This document shows positions 1 to 26,690 of a stretch of 64,000 nucleotides of DNA, one piece after another. The DNA comes from Octopus sinensis (Eukaryota). A program made the position numbers and the translations under genes. Position 1 is the first letter of the stretch; each line of letters opens with the position of its first letter. The stretch spans positions 89,962,001 through 90,026,000 of the forward strand of contig NC_043005.1 of the NCBI RefSeq assembly GCF_006345805.1, given 5' to 3'. The notes beneath the pieces were generated by a model. The model made no database searches, was not told where the DNA came from, and saw only the letters and a program-made list of their open reading frames with translations.

Positions 1-1119
1 CCACCATCCTCTCTTCAAAGTCTTTCATCCACTGTTTGGGCGGGACAATTTCCCACTCCAGCACTGTGTTATTTATCTTCTTTGCAGTGTTTCTTTTTTG
101 AAAAAAAGTCTACAAAAAACAAAGTTAAAAAAAAATACAGGAAGGAAGGAAGAAGACGAGAAACAGTTAAAAAAACACAGCAAATTCTTCTAGCTGCCCT
201 GGTACTCCTGGCCAACTTGGTAATCCTCCTGGCAAGGGCACAAAACAGTCACAAAAAAATAACACAATTCTCGGAGGGATAAGCCCCCAAAACACACTTC
301 TCACCGCTAAGTGAGACTCCAGACACAACAACAGGCAGACAAATGCGTGGGACTCATTGAAGATTTCTTGCTTGACAAAAATAAATAAGCATGAGCAACA
401 AAGCCCCACTGGATCCCCCCCCCCAAAAAAAAATGTCTTACCTAGTAGTTGTGCTTCAATAACTCACGACGTTGGTATACAAAGACTCCAACAGCGAAGA
501 AGGACGCGTCCACACAGTAGGTAGATGGTAAATTCTGGCTGAGAAATACATAAACGTTTATAAATTTCTACATACCATAAGATTGGTACAAGGCTTGAGA
601 AAAAAGTACTGGGATCGTTTCATTTGACTAGACATTCCTCAAGGCAGTGCCCCAGCATGGCCACAATCGAAAGACTGAAACAAGTAAAAGACACATTAAT
701 AAAGAGTACAACCGTTTCTTCACAAATTAAAGCAAATAAAGAAAGCTAGGTAATCAGATTAGCGGAACATCAACTGTAGAACTTTAAATATACACAATAA
801 AGTCCACTCTTTACATATACAATGTACTTAAGGCCAGAATTGGACGAAATTACATGGATTTGGGCCATAGAAGTAAATATCAAAGTGAAGATATATTGTG
901 TTGCTATTATTATAGAAAAAAATGTTCATCGCATTTGGATATCCTCATATCAATTAAGTTCAGGAATTTCCCATCCTTAATTTAAGCAAAATAACAAGAA
1001 GAAATAACAAGTGGTGAAGTAAAACTAATACAAAAAATATATGAAAATATAAGCAAATAATATAAAAGAACTCTTCACCAAAGTAATTACACAAAAGGGA
1101 AAATGGGGGACAAAAGATC

Positions 1120-1586
1120 TGATGATTTAAAGATTCTATGGAATTCATGGATAACTTCTTTCATAAGTAATTTCCTGGATTGTTACATGATGTCCTTAAA
1201 TAACTATTCACCGAATCTTCTCAGTCACCTCGTTTCCGCTTGTGGATCACCTGCCTGAACATGATTCACCCACCACTCAGTAGAAGCCATGTTTGGAGCA
1301 GTTATACCACTCCTTAATCTGAATTTTGTCCATGGTATCATATCGCCAATGGTTTGTTGAATTCTCTGGATGGTTTGAGCTTGAGTACCACCAAGCTTTT
1401 GGCCAAACATGAAAATCCAAATGAGAACTGCATATCTGTACTTTAGGCATAACAGCCGAGAACTGATGCAACATACAGGCGCAGGAAGGGCAGTGTCACC
1501 CACCCCCTTCCAAAGGATTTTGCCCACGTGACATTAGATTTGGAGGAGAAAACATTAAATTCGGATACCTTTTGAGCACACCTCGT
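1120..1586 (-). mobile_element. Degenerate mariner transposon, 5' part
   Basis: Minus-strand TIR-like acgaggtgtgctcaaaaggtatccga at 1561-1586; frameshifted HTH remnants QKLG..Q..TIQRIQQTIGD, IQIKEWYN, RSGR.STS. Confidence 0.75.
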
Positions 1587-1614
1587 GTGTGTGCGTGTGT
1601 GTGCATGTGTGTGT

Positions 1615-1660
<46 letters not shown>

Positions 1661-1701
1661 AATCAAATGAAATTTAAGTTTGTCTCTTCAATTTTTTTCA
1701 G

Positions 1702-17006
<15,305 letters not shown>

Positions 17007-17029
17007 GTGTCTCTTAAATGATTTAAACA

Positions 17030-17162
17030 TCATTAACGTCATCATCACCGTCAGTAGTAGCATCATGATTCTCATCATCATCATCATTAATATCATTGTC
17101 ATCAACATAAACATCACCAATATAATTATCATCGCTATCATTATCATTTGCCACATCATTAC

Positions 17163-17217
<55 letters not shown>

Positions 17218-17449
17218 GTTATCATCATTATCATCATCATAACCATCACCATCAGCTGCATAATAATTATCATCACCATCATCATCATTATGAACAAAGA
17301 AATTATGTATATATATATATATATGTGTGTGTGTGTATGTGTATTTATGTATGTATAAATATACATACATATATATGCTGATACAAATATATACATATAT
17401 ATATGTATATGTATACATGTATGAATATATATATATATATATGTGCATG

Positions 17450-17546
<97 letters not shown>

Positions 17547-17547
17547 G

Positions 17548-17578
<31 letters not shown>

Positions 17579-17580
17579 AT
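17030..17580. repeat. (CAT)n then (AT)n compound microsatellite directly after the paralogue A stop codon
   Basis: Visible in the sequence; source of the poly-H/D/M/I ORFs. Confidence 0.95.
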
Positions 17581-18352
17581 GTGATAAATAAAAAATATAT
17601 GCATACATACAAACATATATGTACGTACCTACATCTACATGTATATATACATGCATATATAAATAATTATACGTGAGTACAAGACACCACAATAAGACGT
17701 GGAAACGGGAAAAACAAAAAACAAAAAACAAGAAAACGAAAAAAACAGTTACAGGACGTGCTACACAAGGAAAAAAACCCCGTCATCAGCTGTCGCTAGT
17801 AGAGTCAAGCATGTTTCGAAGGCACAGACAGAACACTAATCCACTAGGCCTTCCTGTGAGAGAATTAAAATAAAATTCCAAGCAGCGGGGCAAAATGAGT
17901 ACGAACACGAACAGGATGTAACAATGACTGCAAAGATAAAAATACATGTACAAAAAATACAAATAATTACAAAACGAGAAAATAAAAAGAGAATACGATA
18001 CAGGAAATCAAACACACAAGAGGACGAACGAAAAAGCCTTTTTTCTGGCATAGACGAAGGATACTGTTGCAGCGCGTGGAAGGCAGTCTTTTCAGTAGTA
18101 AGAGCAACGTGTAAAAGAAATTTTATAGGCTAGCAGTAAGGAACAAGGAAGGAGGAGGGGGACACGCGGCTGAGAGAGAGAGAGGAGGAGTGGGAGGGAG
18201 AGAGAGTGGAGAGGGTAAAGCAAAGGGATAGAATTCCGCGTCTTGAATATAATAATAATATAAAAATAACAGGAACCAAGAGGTGGAACGAAACGACGAA
18301 TCGGAACGAACCTGACGCGGGGCGCTGTCAGACAATAATGTGATAAATAAAT
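17580..18352. repeat. Unclassified ~755-bp TG...CA segment between (AT)n arrays, possibly a solo LTR
   Basis: Begins TGTGATAAATAAA at 17580, ends GTCAGACA at 18334, and TGTGATAAATAAA recurs at 18339. Confidence 0.35.
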
Positions 18353-18365
18353 AAAAAAATAATAA

Positions 18366-18436
<71 letters not shown>

Positions 18437-18930
18437 CTTTGGGTATGGTAAATGAGTTTTGATTCAGATGAATATGCTACTTAAGTTGAGGCACCAGAAT
18501 TTTGTACGGTATTATTCATACAACTTCAAAGTAATTTGATAAAAATCAAAATAAGTAATAAGGATATCCAGAGGTAATGCAGTACGATTGTTTCATACGA
18601 CTGTATTTAATTGAACAATGCAATCATCACATCAATTTAAAATGCAGAATAATCCGCAGCTACACAAAGACATAGAATTTAATTAAATTAATCTTCAATA
18701 CTGGAGTAAGACATTATGTTCTTTGTCTATCTCCTTAACTTCTTGGAGATTTTACGTATAATTATACTAATGTGTTCATCTGTTCTAATTTAATTAAATT
18801 CTATGTCTTTGTGCAGCTGAAGATTGCTGTGCATTTTAAATTGATGTAATGATTGCATTGTTCATTTAAATGGAGTTTCATGAAACGATCGTACTGCATT
18901 AGCTCTGGATATCCTTGTTGCTTATTTTGA

Positions 18931-19027
<97 letters not shown>

Positions 19028-19878
19028 TAGTTGAGGTACCTGGTAATAAATGACCGTTAATAAGATGTCTGTTTATAACCATGAAACATTTTTCGTCAAA
19101 TTTCAACATTTCTCAAAAATTTTGCTTGAGAAATAGAATGCTCTTACCTAATCAAAACCTGAAATTAAAACAACGAATTGAAATAATAAGTTTTAGCAAA
19201 TCAAAACAATTCGCACTAAAATGAAGAAATAAGAAATGCTAAATAGATTACGTTAATAAGCTGTCTCTAGCCATGACACATTTTTGGTTAAATTGATATC
19301 ACGGTGGAGTAGTGCGAAAAATGCCAACTTTTACAACTTTTTGGAAAATGATGCTGATTACAAGTCGAATTTTCCAAAATTCCTAGTGCGTATGTGACCG
19401 TATGGGCATAAGCCCCCCCCACACACACACACACACTCACACACACACACACACGAGTCAAGTTTCATAAAGGTCTGTTGGATAGTCTCGGAGGAGTTAA
19501 AGTAACAAATTCACAAACACACAAACTTGTCATTTATTATACACTAGCACTATGACCGGCAACGCCGGGTCATAGAGCTGGTGCATGCATATACAGCTGC
19601 GTGCGTGCGCACATACACGCGGGTACTGTCCAAATCTCCGACCAATCCCATACAGCTAGCAGGAATTCAATTGGCGTATCCCGTTTCGGGCATTTTGATT
19701 GGGTTTTGGATAGAAAGATTCACAAAAAAGTCACTTCTATTGATTTTTTAATGGCTTTGCGGGGTGACTGGGGAAATGTAAAGATGTGCACGACCATCCT
19801 TGGATGGTTTTGAATGACCATAGAAAGTGCGAGCCCTCTAACTAAAAAATTGTGGATTTGTATAAAGGACATGCACAA

Positions 19879-19909
<31 letters not shown>

Positions 19910-19932
19910 GGCGTTTATATATATATAGATAC

Positions 19933-20002
<70 letters not shown>

Positions 20003-20028
20003 GTATATATATATACATATATATATAC

Positions 20029-21636
20029 ACTAGCAGTATCGCCCGGCGTTGCTCGGGTTTGTAAGGGAAATAACTATATAAGCATTTTTAGAGAGTTATA
20101 GCCAAAATATAGCAAAAAAATGCATTAAAAATTGAAAAAAAATTAAGGTAAATTTTTTTTAAATCGTTGACACATCGTAGATATTTTTAGAGAGTTACTT
20201 CCCTTATATAAAAGCGAAAAAAATGCATTAAAATGGAAAAATATGATGGTAATTTTTTTTTAAATCGTAGACTCATCGTAGACGCACGCTAATACCCAGA
20301 AGGGCTCGATATGAATCACGACTATAAGATACCCGCTTTTGGTTAAACTGCACCGCAAAATGTGGGAGTAGTTACGAATCTAAATCGTAGGAGACAGACA
20401 CACAACTTCACTCTTATATAAAGATGCTTTTTTTTTCAGTCATAGAGTTAGATTTATGAAGGTCTTCAGTAGAAAATCCTTCGAATTCTGACTCGCTGCT
20501 TGATATAATGAAATTCGTATCCATTTTTTGTCAGAATTACAAATTTTGAAAACACAATAGGAACAAATTTCGGAAAAAAATCTCCCATAATTCACGGAAT
20601 AAAAATTACACTTCGATTTTTGTACAAAACTGTAGTTGAAGTGTTTACGAAGTATAATACGTGTTTTCACGATTGTACTAAAGAGATTTGCTCTGATATT
20701 CTCATTTAAATATGAATAGGTAAATTCGGGCGGCTTGGTAACTATATATAAGTGTCGTCTGTTTATACATAAACACTGTTTCATACTGCAATTATATATA
20801 CATATATCTATATATAATATTATATAATAAAATATATACAGAGTAAAATAAAAACCAATTTACCTTTTCTGTCCGTCCGTGTGTCTTTGCAAATGTGTTG
20901 GAATGATAAGTGAGTTGAGTTTTGGCGCCTTTTTTACTAATAACAAACACACACGTGTTTGTATGTAGTTGTATGTGTATGTAGTTGTATGTAGTTGTAT
21001 ATGTATGTGTATGCGTGTGTGTGAGGAATGACACACACACATATGTATGTGTATGCGTGTGTGTGAGGAATGACACACACACACTCACGCACGCACACAT
21101 GTACATCAATGCTTTCGGAGTGATATGTTAAAATATTGAGTTTTCTCGAATTTTGTCTTAATTGGTGGTAAAACTGAAAGAAATTTTTTATGGCATCACC
21201 CACTGAAGTACTCTGAAAAATCTTAGGTAAATTCTAATTGAAGAAATTGTGTGAGGAGTAAATGGTTATGTATTTATTTGTTTCTGTTTGCTGTGTTTTT
21301 TTATTTTTTGAGTAGTGGTTTAAATACTTTCAGTTTAGTCTTCCTCAAATCACTCTGTCGCTATTTACTTTCATTTTATTCGTTGCACACTGTGTGTGTG
21401 CGTTTGCGTGTGGTGTAAACCAGACTAAGAAAAGCATTTGACACACACACCAGAATGTGAGTTTTCTGTAAATTTTGCTTAATTGGAGTTTAAATTTTAA
21501 AAACTGGACCTGGCATGACGCGATGCATTCTACTCTTAAAAATGCTAGGTAAATTGTAATTGAAGAAATCCTATATTGTAGATTTCTATAACTCCCAAAG
21601 GGAGGCAGATAAAATCTGCCTTTTATAATAAGAGAT
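20029..21636 (+). mobile_element. Composite Helentron/DINE-1-like non-autonomous element, tandem unit 1
   Basis: 5' actagcagtatcgcccggcgttgctcggg; 3' hairpin GGCAGAT-aaa-ATCTGCC (21604-21620) then ttttataataagagat; inserted in (AT)n. Confidence 0.75.
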
Positions 21637-21670
21637 ATATATTTACATATATATATACATATATATACAT

Positions 21671-22927
21671 ACTAGCAGTATCGCCCGGCGTTGCTCGGGT
21701 TGTAAGGGAAATAACTATATAAGCATTTTTAGAGAGTTATAGCCAAAAAATAGCAAAAAAATGCATTAAAAATTGAAAAAAAATTAAGGTAAATTTTTTT
21801 TTTAAATCGTTGACACATCGTAGATATTTTTAGAGAGTTACTTCCCTTATATAAAAGCGAAAAAAATGCCTTAAAATGGAAAAATATGATGGTAAATTTT
21901 TTTTAAATCGTAGACTCATCGTAGACGCACGCTAATACCCAGAAGGGCTCGATATGAATCACGACTATAAGATACCCGCTTTTGGTTAAACTGCACCGCA
22001 AAATGTGGGAGTAGTTACGAATCTAAATCGTAGGAGACAGACACACAACTTCACTCTTATATAAAGATGCTTTTTTTTTCAGTCATAGAGTTAGATTTAT
22101 GAAGGTCTTCAGTAGAAAATCCTTCGAATTCTGACTCGCTGCTTGATATAATGAAATTCGTATCCATTTTTTGTCAGAATTACAAATTTTGAAAACACAA
22201 TAGGAACAAATTTCGGAAAAAAATCTCCCATAATTCACGGAATAAAAATTACACTTCGATTTTTGTACAAAACTGTAGTTGAAGTGTTTACGAAGTATAA
22301 TACGTGTTTTCACGATTGTACTAAAGAGATTTACTCTGATATTCTCATTTAAATATGAATAGGTAAATTCGGGCGGTTTGGTAACGAAAGGGTTAAACGG
22401 ATGCATACATTTATTAATAACTATATATAAGTGTCGTCTGTTTATACATAAACACTGTTTCATACTTTCAGTTTAGTCTTCCTCAAATCACTCTGTCGCT
22501 ATTTACTCTCTTCCAAGAACATTTTCACTCACTCTTATCTCTTAGCTTGCCATACATTTTACTCATGTATCTATCAGTGTGATAGACAGAAACAAATATT
22601 ACATCGCCATCGCCATCGCATTCTATTGTCTACCTGTCAACACACTCACAGTGAATTAGTTTCACTTTATTCGTTGCACACTGTGTGTGTGCGTTTGCGT
22701 GTGCTGTAAACCAGACTAGGAAAAGCATTTGACATACACACCAGAATGTGAGTTTTCTGTAAATTTTGCTTAATTGGAGTTTAAATTTTAAAAACTGGAC
22801 CTGGCATGACCCGATGCATTCTACTCTTAAAAATGCTAGGTAAATTGTAATTGAAGAAATCCTATATTGTAGATTTCTATAAGTGACAAAGGGAGGCAGA
22901 TAAAATCTGCCTTTTATAATAAGAGAT
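21671..22927 (+). mobile_element. Composite Helentron/DINE-1-like element, tandem unit 2
   Basis: Same 5' end and 3' hairpin (22895-22911) as unit 1, with reciprocal indels. Confidence 0.75.
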
Positions 22928-23861
22928 ACATACATATATTTGCATATACACACACAAACACATATATATATTGATACGAGGTCAGTCGGAGAAAAAGTGC
23001 TATGACCCAGTTTCGTGGTTTGGTGCCGGACAGACTGTTATTGGCTTTTGTCCTGTCATTTGTAGGGAAAATTAATGAATTAGGATGTGACATTTTGGAC
23101 CCTCCGGTCAGGGAAATTTTAACAAAGAAATAAATCTACCACCCTTTAAAATGTGGCGAGCTGGGGTTTGTTGGTCAGTTGGCGAAATTGCGTTGGCCTG
23201 GGTTGGTCAGTTTTGCCTGAGACAGTCAGTTGGCTAGAGGTGCATTCGGGAGAGGAAACGACAAGGATGACAAGCGTGGCGAGAAAGACAGACACAGAGG
23301 ATTGAGAAACTAGTGGGGATAAGGGAGTGAGATGGAGATGACGGCGAGAAGGCATGAATATTTGTAGTAGGAGCTGAAATTGTTGCAGACTCGGAATGTG
23401 CGGTAATGTTTGTTTATGTTTTTGTTGTTGAATTTTGATGTGTGGTAAAAGAAAAGAGACTTTCTGAATTGTGTTAAAAAGAGAAAGAAAAAATGGAAAA
23501 GAACATTGTGTAAAAAACAGAACTGTGGAAAAAGAAAGAAAGAGGACAGAAATGTAAAAAGAACATTGTGACATAAAGAGAAAGACTGACAAAAAGGAAA
23601 AAGAATTGTTGAAGGGAAGAGAAAGACTTTAATTTGAACTGTTTCGAACTCTCTATTGTGTTGAACATTGGTTTTGATTGTTTTCGAACGTCGTGTATTG
23701 TGCATGCATGGATTATTGTTTTTCTTTTAACTCTGTATTTTCTTTAATGTATCTGATATGTATTACGGTTTATTTGATGTTGTAACAATTGGATAAACTG
23801 TTGTTAAATGTAAGCAACTGCCTTCCGCCGTGTCTCTCTCTTCCTGTTGTTGTTGTTGTTA

Positions 23862-23998
23862 TGTCCGGTCACTGGTCTGTTTTCGCTGCCAATCCACCCC
23901 CATTTTCTGTGGCGGATTCCCGGTTTGACTGCGCGTGGTCATCGTCGTCGCTCGACTTCTTAGGGCCCCGAGTTCGAGTTGAGCGACGGCAAGTTCGT

Positions 23999-24085
<87 letters not shown>

Positions 24086-24136
24086 TATATAAGGGGAAAT
24101 AATTATTAATTTTAAAGATTAACAATTATTACCGAG
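23862..24136. repeat. Unclassified repeat TGTCCGGTCAC...GTAACA-(AT)n-AAGGGGAAATAATT...ACCGAG, copy 1
   Basis: Second copy at 26189-26441; copy 1 may extend left to about 22980. Confidence 0.8.
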
Positions 24137-24193
24137 TAGTTTTGGTATGGAAATATAGTAGGAACTTTTACAAATGTTCTTTATATATATACA

Positions 24194-24274
<81 letters not shown>

Positions 24275-25259
24275 ATATATAGAAATAAATATATGTATAT
24301 ATATGTGTGTATATCTGCGTGTGTGTTTATGCATGTATGTATGTATGTATGTATGTATGTATGTATGTATGTATGTATATATGTATGTATGTATGTGTTT
24401 GTGCCTGTGTTTGTTCTCCCCATCTCCGCTTGACAACCAGCCATTAAGCATTAGTGTCTTTACAGCCCCATAGCTTAGTTGTCCAGAAAAAAAAAACCGA
24501 TATAAGTAACAGGGTTTTAAAAAATAGGTTATGGGGTCGATTCACTGAACTAAAATTCTTCGAGTGCTCCAATATGGCCACAGTCTATTGCTTGAAACAA
24601 TTTAGAAATAACAGTTAAAAAATAAAAGTAGCACATTTTCCCCACTTACTCACAATGTTATTGCTTTGACCCCTTTTGTTGGCTGCCCTTGCAATGCCTG
24701 TGGGGTTTAAAGCACGGCAATGAAAGATGGACACTGTATGAGTGAAAAGAGGAGGGGAAAACGAGTGAGTCAGTGATACCTGAATGGATATGAGCTGAGA
24801 CTAGCTAACTCCCATGAGCAACAGCAGTAGAATGGAAAGTTTGCACAATAACATCAACAGCAACAATATCATTGATTTAACAAGAATCTTAATCATCATC
24901 ATCATCATCTCCCTCATCATCATCTGCATCATATTTCAAATATTAAACATTATTTTGCTAAATGTCTGATTGGCTCTTTCCACTTTTTCTTTCTTTCTTC
25001 CCTTCCAGTACTAAAAAGGCTGCAATTCTAATGGAAGAAACTCATCCTATGAAACCGAGACAATCTGCAGAGGATATAAATTCTTAATGTACGTATATAT
25101 GTATGCATGTGCGTATGTATGTATGTATGTATGTATGTATGTATGTATGTATGTATGTATGTATGTATGTATGTATGTATGTATATAGGTACGTACATGT
25201 GTATGTGAGCACACGCACACAAACATACACACACATTGACAGACAGACAGAAAGAAAAA

Positions 25260-25316
25260 CAGACAGACAGACAGACAGGCAGACAGACAGGCAGACAGAC
25301 AGATAGACAGACAGAC

Positions 25317-25385
<69 letters not shown>

Positions 25386-25674
25386 TGTTTCTTTATTAGC
25401 CACACAGGGCTGCACACAGACAAAACAAATTACAAGGTAAAGCTTTTCTTTTTGGGGGCAAAAAAAAGGGGTTGGTCTTCGATCAAAAAGGATCGTAAAA
25501 GGAAAGAAAGAGGACAAAATAAGGGGAAGATTTTAAAAAAGGGGGGAGAGGAAAAATAAAGAAAAGGGGAGAGGAAAAAAAGTAATCACAGAAATGTCAA
25601 TATGAAGTGTAAAGGGGAGGACAGGTGAGGTTTACCCGTGGAAAGAAAAACCTACGGAAAAGACCACGGTAACC

Positions 25675-25675
<1 letters not shown>
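25260..25675 (-). mobile_element. 5'-truncated Tx1 3'UTR copy with AATAAA and (TATC)n tail
   Basis: 25386-25675 is homologous to the 3'UTR 25881-26621; AATAAA on the minus strand at 25392-25397; truncation point abuts the (GATA)n tail of the long copy. Confidence 0.82.
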
Positions 25676-25727
<52 letters not shown>

Positions 25728-25728
25728 G

Positions 25729-25794
<66 letters not shown>

Positions 25795-25823
25795 CAGATA
25801 GATAGATAGATAGATAGGCAGAC

Positions 25824-25869
<46 letters not shown>

Positions 25870-26188
25870 GCAGACAGATAAGTTTCTTTATTGGCCACAC
25901 AGGGCTGCACACAGATGGGACAAGTTACAAGGTAGAGCTTTTGGGGGGGGGAGAAAAAAAAAGGTGGCGTAGGTTTTCGATCAAAAGGGATCGTAAAAGG
26001 GAAAAAAGTACAAAAAAAAAGAAAAAATGGAAAAAATGGAAAAGAAAAAAAAGAAAAAAAAGGAAAAGACAAAAAAGAAAAAGGGAAAAAAGAAAAGAAA
26101 AATGAAAAAAGAAGAAAAAAGAGGAAATAAGGGGGAGAGGGAAAAAACGATCAATAGGGATCGTGTATCACAGTGTCATGATGTATGG

Positions 26189-26324
26189 TGTCCGGTCACT
26201 CGTCTGTTTTCGCTGCCATCTTACCCCATTTTCTGTGGCGGATTCCCGGTTTGACTGAGCGTGGTCATCGTCGTCGCTCGACTTCTTAGGGCCCCGAGTT
26301 CGAGTTGAGCGACGGCAAGTTCGT

Positions 26325-26396
<72 letters not shown>

Positions 26397-26441
26397 AGGG
26401 GAAATAATTATTAATTTTAAAAATTAACAATTATTACCGAG
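26189..26441. repeat. Unclassified repeat copy 2, inside the Tx1 3'UTR
   Basis: Matches 23862-24136; flanked by an imperfect ~87-bp duplication of Tx1 3'UTR sequence (26105-26191 and 26470-26556). Confidence 0.8.
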
Positions 26442-26690
26442 AAAAAAAAGGAAAAGAAACAAAAGAAAAGAAAAAAGAAGAAAAAGAGGAAAAAAGGGGA
26501 AGAGGAAAAAAACGATTAATAGGGATCGTGTATCACAGTGTCATGATGTACGGTGTAAAGGGAGAAGTAGATAAGGTTTATCCGTGGGAAGAAAAGCCTA
26601 CGAAAAAGACCACGGTAACCTCGGTCAATATTGTTATATGTTACAACATTTGTTTGCAAGTGGGTAACCCTCTGCTTTCAATTTCTGGGT

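Noticed and set aside
167-409. Gly-Pro-rich ORF (PGGLPSWPGVPGQL), collagen-like
   Set aside because: Too short, no sustained Gly-X-Y periodicity and no splice context
23862-26441. Repeats separated by variable spacers, superficially CRISPR-like
   Set aside because: Eukaryotic interspersed repeats with microsatellite cores; no constant repeat-spacer periodicity and no cas genes
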